From assembly GCF_006345805.1 (NCBI RefSeq), contig NC_042999.1:100874001-100938000 (forward strand): a stretch of 64,000 nt of DNA, given 5' to 3'. Shown piece by piece: positions 50,351 to 64,000 of this stretch (its first letter is position 1; every line of letters starts with the position of its first letter). The stretch comes from Octopus sinensis. Taxonomy: Eukaryota. The position numbers and the translations under genes were made by a program. The notes beneath the pieces are model-generated. The model was given only the letters and a program-made list of their open reading frames with translations, had not been told where the DNA came from and did not search any database.

Positions 50351-50631
50351 ATAAAGAAATCATGATTTTTTGGCAATTTCATATCAATTTTTATTATTCT
50401 GTTGATGTATTAATATATGTACATATTAAAAACACATAAAAATTTTAAAATTCACTCATTAAAGAAACTAATTATTCATTTAAATAGAATATAACATTAT
50501 TTTATAATTAAAATCATTTTAAAATATGTTTATTTTTAATGGATATGTTCCTATTAATCCTTTGTTATTTTGAGGTGCAAACAAAATTTCTAAGTTTGAA
50601 CAAAATCTGTACCTAAAACCTATATACAATA

Positions 50632-50815
50632 CTCTTTTACTCTTTTATATGTTTCAATCATTTGACTGCAGCCATGCTGGAGCGTCGCCTTTAGTCGAAG
50701 AAATCAATCTCAGAACTTATTCTTTGTAAGCCTAGTACTTATTCTATCAGTCTCTTTTATCGAACTGCTAAGTTTCAAGGACATAGACAGCAATGGTGGG
50801 GGGACAGACACAAAG

Positions 50816-50847
<32 letters not shown>

Positions 50848-51027
50848 TATATACATACATACACGATGGGCTTCTTTCAGTTTCCATCTACCAAATTTAC
50901 TCACAAGGCCTTGTTCAACTGGAAGCTATAGTAGAAGACACTTGCCCAAGGTGCCATGCAGTGGAACTGAACTCAGAACCATGTGATTGGGAAGCAAGCT
51001 TCTTACCACACAGCTGCACCTGCACCT
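50632..51027 (-). mobile_element. SINE family A, near full length
   Basis: Reverse complement of 3703-4128. Confidence 0.9.
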
Positions 51028-51107
51028 ATACAATAGTATCATGTTTTCAATTATGAAAGTAAATATAATTGATTATAATAATAGAAGCATGGCCTGGAAA
51101 AAGGTGG

Positions 51108-52060
51108 ACTAGAATGAAGACTGTGGATTTAGAATCCTAGAATATTCTTAAGTATTGAATCTGGAAATGTACAGAACAATCAGTAATTAAACCTGGAAAA
51201 GTAGAGGACCAGAAGAAAAAAACTTAAAATATTGTTGCTGAAGCTAGAATTTGTTAAATAAACTTCAGAAATTGTTCATCAAACAGTGTGTGCACTGTTT
51301 TGTTTTAATTAAAATTTTTCTTTTTTTTTGCTTTTTATTGCGATTTTTAAAAATTTAAGTTAATACTTTTGATTTAAAGATTTCTTTGTGTTATGCTAAA
51401 TCATTTCTGTTTTATTTTTAACATTATATTATTTTTCAAATTTTATTTTCTTAACAAAACTCATTATCCCAAAATTTTAAATCACAGACATAGTGTTATA
51501 AAATTAAACTCATGTAGAATATATGTAATTCAAAAGAGTAAAAACAGAAAAGAAATTTTTTTAAGAGACAAAAGAATTAATTTCTTTAAAGTTTGCATTA
51601 TCAAATAACAAAGTATTTTCTATTTACAGTTAGAAAAATATTCTTAAAAAAATGAAAGCTAATGAACAAATTGAGTGCAAAATGTAGTAATGACTTGCTT
51701 TTTTTTCTTTAAACCTTAGGGGTTATAATTGTCAATCTTGCTTAAATTGTTATTATGTGAGTTTTTTAAATACATAAATTTGTAATATGAAATTTTTAAT
51801 GTGTGTACTTGCAGGCAATTAGTCCTTCCACTAAAACTGAAAACAAATAGCTTCTTGAGTATTTTAATTTAAACTTCTAAGTAAAAATCAAAATATAAAA
51901 GAGCATTTATTACTGTTTTAGCTTTTAAATTCTAACTTCAGTAGCAACGTCATAAGTTTTTTTTCTTATCCTTTCCAGGCATAACTGCTTGTTTTGTACT
52001 TTTCCAGGTTCAATACTTTAGAATATTCTAGGATTCTGCACCCACAATTTTCATTCTAGT
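51108..52060. mobile_element. ~950-bp non-coding element with long (~150 bp) terminal inverted repeats
   Basis: The left end actagaatgaagactgtggatttagaatcctagaatattcttaagtattgaatctgg matches the reverse complement of the right end, actagaatgaaaattgtgggtgcagaatcctagaatattctaaagtattgaacctgg. The right end abuts (TA)n. Confidence 0.8.
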
Positions 52061-52204
<144 letters not shown>

Positions 52205-55200
52205 TCATTCAACCACAGTAGAAAAAAAGTTACATCAAAATATCTGTGACCTCAAGGGGGCAGTAAGGCACCTATTCACCTTCAATCAACATAATTTTTT
52301 TTATTTTAAAATAAAAGTATACTTTTCTTAGGCTTAAATAATAGAAAATTGCATGAGGAATTCAGATTCATTAGTTGCATTGAACAATAATTACTAGAAA
52401 AAGTGTTATTTGGTGAAATGTGATGAAATTTATTGTCAGTAAGTAAGGAATTTAGAAGTAACACTCCATCCTATAATGTTAAGATGAGAATATATTTCTA
52501 AAATGAATACTTACTTTCTAACACAGCAAGTTGGCAGAAATGTTAGGGTGCTGGGTGAAATGCTTAATGGTATTTTGTCTGTCTTTTTGTTCTGAGTTCA
52601 AATTCCACCAAGGTCAACTTTACCTTTTGTATATTTTATCTTTTTAAGTAAGCATTTAATAAACTTATCTATAATATGCTGTTGAATTAGGGTAAGCTTA
52701 ACTTTTATTATTAATTTTCTCTTTTAGCTTTAATTAACTTGCTTTCTGCTTTTTTTGATTTTCCCTTTTCTTGTTAGATAATTATTTAATCAGGCTAGTT
52801 CATTAATGTGTTATATGTCTCAGATATGGGCATCTAAATTTATTGAGGTAGGAATATAGTCATTTTTGGCTGTGTCTCTATGGGCAGACCTGAAGGTATG
52901 TAGTAAAGCTGTCCAGAAAAGGCATTGGCTAAAAGTGCTTATATTCTAAGTTTAGTTTTTAAATTCCAAAATTAATTAAAAGGGATTTTTCATAAATCAA
53001 ATTTATATTAATGGTATATATGTAATTTTAACTTGTGTATATCTGATATGCTTTTATAATTACTGTTGTATTGAATAATTATCGATAGATCTAGATTAGC
53101 AGCAGTCAGTGCTATTATCCCCAACTCAAAATCTAGGTTACTTAAAGTGAGCCTGATAACTGATGGTTTTGGGGCCTTGTTGTTTATAAATTTTGGTGAG
53201 CCATGATGCAACCAGCCTTCATTAAGCAGACCTTATGAGCAAAGACACCCTAGTTATGCCCATCCAGCCTTTTATTCAGACATAATGTATCCAGGACAAC
53301 TGCTATTTATAAGACTGTAGGATGTGATCTGGGGTAGATTTGGTTATTATTTATAGCAGGCCGAGTAATCACGTATAGGTTTCCTCATTAGTTTGGATGG
53401 TTAGTCTAAGTGAAGTCTTTAACATTCAACTATAATCATTGGATGAATTTAAAACTCCTGTTAATTTAGTTATGGTAAAGACAGGTAGGGTGGAAATTCT
53501 GGTCAACTGATGCTTGAAAATAATTAAATTTTTGAAGACTTTCTAAATTGTATTTTTGGTAGGAATATGTGTGTAAGAAATATTAATATCTGGTTTATAT
53601 GCTCCATTAATATTTTGCTGAAAACATTGCTTTTGATTCTATTAAATCCAGATGAAAAAATTTACATAATTTACATAATTGTTTTTGCCAGAACACCCAA
53701 GTGCATGCATGTACATGTAAACACACGCACACACACACAAATTCATATGCACATATGCACAGAGTTTACAAAAAACGAAAAATGAAGACTTTAAAGAGTA
53801 AATCAAATACACATTTTAATATGCATTTTATGAGAATTACTTTTAGCATTGATGTGTGGTTGTTCTTTAACCCCAGATCATTCTTAACTGAGCAGGACTA
53901 TGATCAAAGACATTCCAGCCATAACCATCCTGTCTGTTTTTTTTTTTTTAGGCTATGTTCACATTATCTAATGTATCCTTTGCCCTTATAAAATTGCAAG
54001 GAAATGATTGTGGGAGATTTGCCAGGTCAGGTGACTTCACAGAGGCTTCTTCAGTAGATTCATTATTTTTGTTGTTTTTTAGCACAAGGTTGGACTTGGT
54101 TAAGCATATTTACAGTGATATTTAATCAAGACTTTCCAGTCATGATTATCTGCTATTTTTCCCCACTGTTGTAGTGCATCTAGAATCATATTATTCAACA
54201 ATTCTTCCTTTTTTAAGATGTTAAGGTGTGATTTGAAAGAGACTCAGTTGCTACTCTAGCAGGCTGAGTAAATAAATATACATATATATCCACACACACA
54301 CACACACACACACAAATATAGATATGCTTGGCTTTACAAATGGGAGAACAGGAGCTCAATAGATAAATTAGATATAGACCCTATACCAGAGGAGAGAGAG
54401 AGAGAGATTCATTCTGACACAATATGTGCTTAATACGTCACTACCTATAGACTGTTCACAATTAAACATAGCACTAACACTGTAGTAACAGTCTCAGTGT
54501 TATGTTAACAGAATAGTCTTTATGGAATTGTTACTCAAATATTTCCAGGAGCAGAGCAAATTATTATCGAGGTAACTGTGACATGATAATATATTTGATT
54601 TACATATATGGCATATTAATTGTGCTGGATCTATAGACTGACCTTAAACACTTGACCAACAATCTCCATGCCATAGGTCTGTGCTCTGCCAAAATCAAAA
54701 CTAACAAACAAACAAACACAAGATTCATTCTGTGATATTCTCAACTTGGCAATTTTCCATATCTTCAGAAATCATTTATTCAATATTCCAAATGAAAAGA
54801 TTTCTTTTTGCCTATATTTTTTGATATTTTATTTATTTTCTTATTAAATTATTTATCTAATTACTTATTATTATATCTTTGTGGTCAGTGCTATGGGTCA
54901 ATATAAAGATTCAGAGGACTGAATTAACAATCTGTCTTTGATATTTCATTTAAAATATTTTCCAAAAGTCATCAATAAATTTGCAGGGAGCAAAGAGAAA
55001 AGAAGCCTGCAAAGGTTAGGGGTACAGCCCTGCTTCATGACTAAAAGAAATAAACCAATTCTCCATTCATCACATTCTTCTGTAAATTGGGAAATTCTTG
55101 TTAATATATGAAACTATAGCTCATATATTTTATCAATATTAAAAGCAAACACACACAAATATATGTAATCAAACTTCATCTGTTATATTCAGGAGATATA

Positions 55201-56161
55201 AATAACAATCACTCAATAATTACTGACAACATATGAAGAAATTCTAATTTCCAAACAAAAATATCTCATTATCAACATTATAGTATGTTCCAGGAGAGAC
55301 CTATCATCTATTGTTTTCTGAAAGCATAAGCAAACAATTTCATATATAACACCATGAAATCACTTACATTAGCATACAAGTAATAGTATACTGAATGAAG
55401 TTCAAGCAGTATTGGGAAATGCAATATATAAAAATAAAAAACAAAAAGGAATGAAAATCCCTGAGGCTTATAAAAACTAACTAGTAACTAATTACTAACA
55501 GGTGCACATAAATTTTTTAAACAACCAGATCATAGAAGTGCCTCAAATCATTTCAATACTTCATAGTAAACAGTATTAAGAAATAAATGAAAAGTAATTG
55601 TAAAAAAATTTTGTGTGTTCTTAAATGTTTAAAGTTATTCTACCATGATGAAATTGCTTCAGGCTCAACACACAGAAAGTGAATGTAACAAATTTTGAGA
55701 GATTTTAAATTGTGAAAATGACTCTTTTGTGATGTAACTATTTCACTTTTAATAAATAATCTCACATCAGATCACCTGTAATACAGGTACAATTCTGAAA
55801 GATTTGAAACCTTCACTCAAACAAATGAAACCAAGAAAGATACTATTACATACAGTCAGTAAAAGGTGATGTTACAAAAGCTTTGATTTGAAAAACACGT
55901 AAAGTCTTAAAAAAGAAACAAAGTGATAGAAAAAGATAACGTTCAGTAGTAACTGTTTTTCAAACAGGTACAGTGAAATTGTATGAATGATATCACAGAA
56001 GTCAAAAAATTGTTACCACTTTATAAAATCAGTATTATTATGGATTAATCAAATGTGAATATAGCAGTTTTGTGTAATATTAAATGGCTAAAATATATCG
56101 TCCACAATGATATTACTGCAATTTCAACACAGAGCCTCATATGAAGTCACCTACAAACAAA

Positions 56162-57389
56162 TTTTGAGTCATCTCATAAATAATGGTCTTTTTATACTTT
56201 TTTTATTTTTCAAAATTAAGATAAAGTTCTTTTTTAATCTAAAATATACTCTCCTTCATTTTCTACAATGCTCTTCCATCTATCTTGGTAGACTGCAAGG
56301 CCTCTCTTCCAAAATTCACTTGTATGTGATGAAAAATACTCATCCAGTTCTGTTCTGACCTCATCTACAAAATTTATATTTTTTCCATCCAAATGATTTT
56401 GAAAACTGTGGAATATATGATAATCAGATGGGGCAATGTCTGGTGAATATAGTGGGTGGGGCATCATTTCCCATTCAAACTGCTCTAGCTTTTGGAATGA
56501 CATTCTCACTGTATGTGGCTGAGCATTATCCTGATGGAAGAACATCTTTCATCTTGAAACCAAAGATGGTGGTTTTTCTTCTAGCACTGACTTAAGCCAC
56601 TCAAGCTGCTCACAGTAGATCTTCTTTGTTTTCGTTTGGTTTAGGTTTAAAGGTTCAAAGTGGACTAAACTTTTCATATCCCACCAAACAGATAACAACA
56701 CCTTATGTGGGTGAAGACCTTCTTTAGCCTGGGGTGCCAGTGCTTCTCCTTTCCCTCCCCATTATCTTCAGCACTTGACATTTTTATAGAGAACCCATTT
56801 ATCATCACCAGTCACTATTTGATCCCCAAAAAGTTCATTCATGAGATATGATAGCAAAGAAGAGCACACGTTCACTCTCTGCATGTGATTAGACTTGGAA
56901 ACTTTGTGAGGCACCCACTGAACCAATTTGCTGACTTTTCTGATGGCATGTAGGTGTCAATGAATGGTTGAATGATCAAATCCAAGCTTCTCTGCTAGTT
57001 CCTCAACAGTTACAATGAGATTTTTTTTCCACCAGGGTTTGTAGGACGTCCTCATTGAGCTCTACAGATCTTCTAGGATGAGGCTAATCTTCTGGGCTTT
57101 AGTTTCCAGCTTGGAATTTCTGGAACCACCATTGACACTGACTTATGCTTATTGTCTGATCCCCGTATACTGCATTAATATTCATCGCACTTTGTCATTT
57201 ACATTATAGCTTTGAAAAAAATAACTGTTAAAATCGAACTGCACTCTTCAAAATTTGTACTAAGAATAAGGACAAGGTAAAATTACTACCTGCTTTTATA
57301 GCAAGTTGATGCAGGTAGTTCATCCTGTTCCCCTCTAACTTTTAGTTCATTTAATTGAAAAAACCACATTATTTATAGGACGACCCAAT
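56162..57389 (-). mobile_element. mariner transposon, ~1.23 kb, with a disrupted transposase
   Basis: Minus frames give CQWWFQKF..G, WVPHK, IVTGDDKWVLY, FHQDNAQPH and HPLYSPDIAPSDYHIF, with several in-frame stops. Decayed ~30-bp TIRs read ttgagtcatctcataaataatg and (reverse complement) ttgggtcgtcctataaataatg. The TA target duplication is not intact. Confidence 0.93.
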
Positions 57390-59569
57390 CCATATCTGAA
57401 AGTTTACAAGCTTTAATCAGACTACAAAAAACCCTATGGGGTCTGTTTCATATTGCCTTGAAATTGACTGTAACTTTGCAACAATTTCACTTTGTAAGAA
57501 AATGTATCTCATATTGATAACTTTAAAATATTTTCATGTCCTAAAACTCTGTACCTCATATAAATCTCAACAAATCAACAAATAAAACCAAAACAAACTT
57601 CAGAAAGAGATAAAAATCATTAGCCTTATAAGATATTCCAATACCTAATTTTTGCAGATAAATTTTATCAGTGGCTCTATGGCAAAAGACTAATCAAATT
57701 TTTGATTCTTCATGGTAGGCAGCTCTATTCAGAAATGAATGAAAAAAGATTATGAGAGATTTTGTGTATTCTTCAGTTGATAAAATAATTTTTCTACAAT
57801 GCAATTTGCTTCAGTTTCAATATTAAATGAATAGTCTAACAAGTAAAACTCTGAAAATGTTAAATCTTCAGCCAGTTTACAGAAACCCTGATCAATGTAA
57901 ATTGAAAAAGATAACAACCTTTCGAAAATATCATTTTATAAAACACTGCATTCATGGAAGATTTCAACCAGGCCCAATGGAACTGTGTAAGTAGCTAGGT
58001 CAACTCTTCATAACAGTAGCAAGAATAATTAAATGGATAGTGAAGGTAAGGGAGCTATTTATGTTTTTTATGTGTTCTACAATGACTAAGTTGACTCTTC
58101 CACAATATAATTACTTCAGGTTTCAAAATAAGGTCCCTGATCAATTTACTTCCCCAACAAATAGATTTCCAAGAATTACGAAAATTTAAGACTAGCTACA
58201 AAATCCTTGAGGAAAGCTGTTACACACTGTCTGAAAAAAAAATGTTGCTACAAGTTCTGTTTGCAAATTACTGATTCAACAAGCAAACAAAACCTAAAAA
58301 GAAAAGACATGAGGTTCAGAAAATCTAATAAGTAACTGATATTGAACAGATGCAGTGAAACTTAGTGTGGCTTATACGATTTAACAAATGACTACCTTTC
58401 AATAGGAGCACATGAATTTTGTGAGTGACCAGGTCAGAGAAGTACCACAAACCATTTTAACACTTCATAGAAGAGATGAAAACATAAAGGAAAAATGAAT
58501 GTAAAAGATTTCATACTCTTAAATATTTAATATCATCCTTATATGGAGCAAGTGCTTCTGTTTCAACACACAAAAAGTGGATGTTTCAGTTTCTGTGTGA
58601 TTTGAAATGGTGAAAAAGGCAATTTAGTAACAGCATTTTTCATAGCTTTTGTTACTTGCGTAAAAGGTTCCAAATATTTTGGAAAATATACTTACTTTGC
58701 AAGTGATTTGATGTGATGTTATTTGTGAAAAACTGAAACTAGTTGCAGGAATGCAATGAATAATTTTGATGCTTAAGAAAGAGATAAAAAGTAATTGGTT
58801 CAGGTTCTGTACCTAAAAGGGTCTCTGTTTTGATGTAATACCTTCAGTTTCAGAACAGTCTTATCAGCTGCCAAAAAATATAACTCTAAAATTTAGAAAA
58901 ATCTTCAGTAAGATTACACAAAGACTAAAACTATGTTGCAGGAAAAATATTACAACTTTGGCAGTAACTTCTGCAAAATATTGCATCTCAAGTAAAATCT
59001 GACAAAAAAGAGAAAGAAAAAGGAACGAGAGAGGGAGAGAGCGGGGAGATTAGTAACAGATTTTTACCAGGTGCAGTGGAATTAATTGTGTAAGAGAGAA
59101 GGTTAATGAAATGCAGGGAAATGTTTGTTGTTTTAAAGTCAGCAGTTCTATTATAAAACAAACCAAAAGTGAATGTAACAAATTTTCTGCTCGTAAATAG
59201 CTGAAATGACACTGAATGTTGAATACTATTTAGGTAAGATAACAACTTTGCAACAATTTGCTTTTACAAAACATGGTAACTCAGGCCCAAGAAATAATAA
59301 ATAAAATGAAAAAAAGGCCATAAAACCACATGGGGTTAATAAAATCTTACAAGTATCAGATTTTCAACAGATACAGTGGAATTATGTCAGCAATCCAGTG
59401 ACCAGATTGCAGAACAAGATATGAAACTGATATTATTAAGAATAAATGAAGTTAATGCATCAGTTTTTGTGTATTCTCAATGGTTAAATGACTCTCTTAA
59501 GATGTAACCATAAAAATGTGTGTGTATAATAAACACAAACATGCAATATATGTACATACTGCTGGTTAC

Positions 59570-59835
59570 AATCAACAGAATAGATTGCTTGTGAAATTAG
59601 CAAGCAAGTAGCTAAGCACTCCACAGACATGTGAATCCTTAACATAGTTCTCAGGCAAAATTAGTGTGATGCAGAATGTGGCAAGGCTAGCCCTTTGAAA
59701 TACAGATACTACCTATTTTTGCCAGTGGAGTGGACTTGAGCAACATAAAATAAAGTGTCTTGCTCAAGAACACAATGTGCCACTAGATATCAAGCTCACA
59801 GCCTTATGATTGTGAGTAGAATACCTTAACCACCT
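59570..59835 (-). mobile_element. Old tRNA-derived SINE
   Basis: The minus strand reads ggtggttaaggtattctactcacaatcataaggctgtgagcttgat...cttgagcaagacacttta. Related decayed copies lie near 7350-7600 and 26030-26200. Confidence 0.55.
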
Positions 59836-59865
59836 TACTATGCATCCTCTAATGTATGTACATAA

Positions 59866-59937
<72 letters not shown>

Positions 59938-61679
59938 CTATATATAAAATCAATAAAAATTAGAGAGACAAAAAAAAAAAGAGACTTAAAAGTTAGAAGT
60001 CTGTTTCATTCTTGGATGGGAGGACTCTGTAGAAATGCATAAAAAACAAATATCTTATTTGGGGAAAGAAAATCAGAGAGATATAAAAAAAAGGGGGAAT
60101 GGGAACACAGTAGAAGACAAGATTGTACTTGTATTTTCATCTTAACAAAAGAAAGGTCAATCCTCTAGTTAAGATCAGAATGTAGGCACATTCTTGTCGT
60201 TGACCATGTTCTTTTCTCCTTAGCGACAATTATTTACAAAACAAGTTTTAACTAAAAGCCATTTGTCATGAAGTGGAAATTAAGATTGGGTTTGGTTGCA
60301 TGAGAGATTTTTGGATGCTAGAAATATAAGTAAAATACAGAGAAAGAAAGAAAGAGAAAATGGTGAAGGTCGAGGGAAGCAAGGCATGTTTGAAGAAGAT
60401 ATTTTTTTCCAGGTCCCATAGAAATTTTCTAGAAGGAAATTGAAACTGTATGTTTATATATATTTTATATATACATACATATATTTTTTTAGAGAGAGAG
60501 AGAGAGGGGAGAAAAAAGAGGAGGGAGGGAAAGATAGTAGAAGGCAAGAATATCCTTGAAACTATTTTCAACTGAAAAGAAATCAACAGTTACTTAAATA
60601 AGTTTTAACTAAAAACAATTCTTTGTGAACTAGAAATTAAAATTAGCTTTAATTGAACATAGTTAATAGAATAGGTCTTCTTTGGCTGACACCAGAAATA
60701 TAAGTAAAAATACAGAGCAATACAGAGAAAAAGATATAGGAAGGGAGGAAAGAAACATATGCCAGATAACCCATATCTTTTTTTTTTCAGGTTTCAAAGA
60801 AATTTAACCAAAACAAGAATGCATATGCAGAAAAACTATACCCAATGCATCTATGCACTTTCCTGAGAATCATATTAAATGTGCAAACTTGAATTAAGAT
60901 GCTAGAAAAGAAGCTCCATGCATATAAATGAACCCCTTCAAATGCTCAACTTGTAACTGAGTTTATCTTTCTAAGGCAAGTCTTGTTAGCCATCCTAGGG
61001 TACATATGCAAAAGCAAGTTGATAATAAATCTGAAATTTATTATATGAAAGAACATATGAAAGAACATATACCTGCTAATCAGGTAATAAATATCTTTCT
61101 ATTGGTGAAGAGATTCTTATCTGTACACAATGTCAATTGTTTTGATTCTGCATTGCATTTAACGGAGAGGATATATTTACATAATAGTTGTGGGAAAATT
61201 TTATCTTCCTAATGTTCATCCTTTCTTCACTCTTCTTACTTTAGTTCTACTTCCTCAGCAACAGAGATAACAGTTTTCTGAACTTTCTCCAGCAGGTTCT
61301 TACCCTAGCAACTATGAGTTCATAACATCCCTCTTCAACTGCTAATTAGGTAACAATCTACCACCTCTAAAAATCCTCCTGGGAATCTGAGGAAATCTAT
61401 TATATATAATAGAAAGATAGATAGATACATAAATAGATAGACAGGTAGATATAGATATCAATATAACAATTCCAAAGTTTAAACTTTAGACCGTCAAGAG
61501 GAAATAACACACACCTACTATCTAAGAATTGTCCATTCACCTTAACAAGTTGTGATATAAGATCTGAAACAGTTGTAGCCAAGTATTTTGTTCATAGTTA
61601 CTTTACATTTTTGTACCAAAGACTAGTTTTTTTATATACTTAATGGTGAGACTGTAGTCATGACTGAAATCAGTGTCAG

Positions 61680-61885
61680 GTCAATGGCACTTGTGCCGGT
61701 GACATGTAAAAAGCACCCACTACACTCTCAGAGTGGTTGGCATTAGGAAGGGCATCAAGCTGTAGAAACCTTGCCAAATCAAAATGGAACCTGGTGCAGT
61801 CCCCTGGCTTACCAGTTTTCAGTCAAACTATCCAACCCATGCCAATATGGAAAACAGACATTAAACAATGATGATGATGACTATT
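61680..61885 (+). mobile_element. RTE 3'-tail copy
   Basis: gtgccggtgacatgtaaaaagcacccactacactc...aggaagggcatc...ccaacccatgcc...aatgatgatgatga. Confidence 0.85.
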
Positions 61886-64000
61886 TATCAAGCATAATAC
61901 AATGTATGTGTTCTCATGTATCTGTATACATACACACACACAAGAATATACATACTAATTTAATGATTCATGAGAAAATGTAGGATGTGTTGATCTTATC
62001 AATCTCATCAAATGAATAAATGAATGTGGAACAGGATCAAATTTAGATAATATATCATAATGAAATACATTACTGGAAAATTATGGAGGGGAAAAAAAAA
62101 ATCATCAAACATATAGAAAGACATCTTTACACTAGGGAATTCTCACTGATAGGTTTCGTTTTTAATGGATTTTCTTTATTAAAAAATATGTCAGGATGTG
62201 GAAAAGAGAAAAAAAAGTACCAGAAAGAACCTAATTAATGTGGGACAGTAAATAAGAAGTAGATAAAGGGGAAAATGTATATATAATAAAGAAGATAGAG
62301 AAAGGACTGCTGCAATTCATTTTGTAGAATTGTAGAAATCTGAATTTTATTAGGTTCATCATCATCATCACCACCGTTTCATTGTGATAGAGAAATATAT
62401 GTGCATAAAGTGAGAAGTGTTGATAAATGATAGGAATAACATTATAGAATTTAGAACAGGTGATCATACAAAGATACTAATACCAACAGAGCTACATGAT
62501 CAGAGGTAAGATTACTGAGGCAGATTTATCAAGGAGGTGAATGACATGCAAGTCAATATTTGCACCAAGAATATTAGTCAACTGGCAAAAGTGGTTAACT
62601 TGATAACTAAAAAAAGAGAAGTTAAAAGTCAAAATATTAGAATTTACCTTATTCTAGCTCTTATTTATAGTAAAATTTAAGTGGTGTAATAAAAAAAATC
62701 CTATAGATAATTGGTTTAAGTAACCATTAGGATTATGTTTTAAAATTATATAAAAAGTAGTTGCTTCAGTATAAAAGTATAAAATATAAGTGACAGAAAA
62801 TTAAGTAGGTTAATGAGGGAAGATATACATACAGAAATAGAAATATAAGTGTAAGGGTGTTACATTGGTGATTGTGAGAAGGGGATGGAAGAGGTAAGGT
62901 GTAGAGGGGAAAGAAATTCAAAGTGAAAAGCAAGGGAAATAGATTGAAAGTAAAAATGTATTAGCAAATGAAATCAAATTAGAATATATGAATAAAAGAA
63001 ATTCGATGAAAAATGAGGAAGAGGTTGGAATAGAAAAAAGGTAGAAAGAAGTATCAGTTAAGTTAATGGAACTGTGTGGCTACAGGTACTTAAGAGGATG
63101 AATAAAAATGTGGGAGAATATCATTATAAGAAATAAAATTAGGAATAAAAGCAGGATTTGAAATCAAAGTTTTAAAAATATAAAATAAGAGGAAAACAAA
63201 TGAAGATAAAGGGAACATAATGAAAAATGAGGATTTTGTAAAAAAAAAGATAGATATTCAATTTTAAGAGATGTAATGATTACATATGTAACCAAAGGTG
63301 CTTATGGTTTATACAAGAAAAATTTTAATATATCAATATGGAAATTAGACAATTAAGAGTTAAGTAAAGTATTATGAGTAATAAGAAAAAAGAATTAGAC
63401 TGAATAAGGAAAAGTATATTTCAGATGAAATTAAAACAAAAAAGATGAGACTTAAACAAATATGGAAATAAGTGAATAGATTAAATCTAATTAAGTTAAT
63501 TACAACTGAGCAAATTAATCAAGTTAAGGTGAGTTGTAAATTATAGTGAGGGTGAAAACTGATACTTAAACGACTAAAGTAAAGAACAGAAGTAAAGATT
63601 TAAGTGTAACAATATGGAGTAGTGATATACAGAGCTTGGTAAACTAGTCTTGAGGGGTTAAAGTAATAATTAAAATCTATAAAAGGTATAGGTGCTAAGA
63701 GTATTACAATTAGAACTAGAAAAGGTCTCCAAGGTTTAAACGAAAGATCAGTTAAAAGAATTATAGAAACAAAATGGTGTACATACTAGGTGATATAGGT
63801 GCGTGTGTGTGTGTATTATTTATTATATACATATATATTATGGGCACCTAGGCATCTCATGTATATATATATATAATATATATATATACACACACATTAT
63901 GGACTCTTAACTCAGACACACACACATATATATATATTTGTAAAGATTTGTAGAAGTAACACACGAGTAAGTAGATATTTATGAAAAACAAGAACGAAAA

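Noticed and set aside
62700-63790. Strongly purine-skewed stretch as a regulatory or coding region
   Set aside because: No ORF or motif. It is most likely an unrecognisably decayed repeat.

Overview
AT-rich, repeat-dense animal genomic DNA. The SINE and RTE-tail families look octopus/coleoid-like to me; that is recall, not a search result. The only recognisable host gene is TULP4 on the minus strand. Three coding exons (18322-18549, 9603-9831, 5682-5878) splice in frame and encode the last WD40 segment, the SOCS box, the GNERLYCTM...YTLYLEYLGGLVP block and a Ser/Asp-rich linker. The gene continues off both ends of the window, so nearly everything else is intron. The introns hold a decayed RTE LINE, CR1-type, CRE-type and Penelope-like relics, a dead mariner, piggyBac-type MITEs, several tRNA-SINE families, degenerate tandem arrays and microsatellites. 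Three observations stand out. (1) A ~470-bp palindrome is made of two head-to-head tRNA-headed units, each ending in a Penelope-type minimal hammerhead ribozyme motif. (2) A candidate 48-nt in-frame TULP4 cassette exon has a 5' splice site overlapped by a 9-bp RNA stem. (3) Two Penelope-like elements diverge from one junction. Most ORFs in the supplied track are microsatellite or repeat artefacts. Repeat boundaries were read by eye and are approximate.
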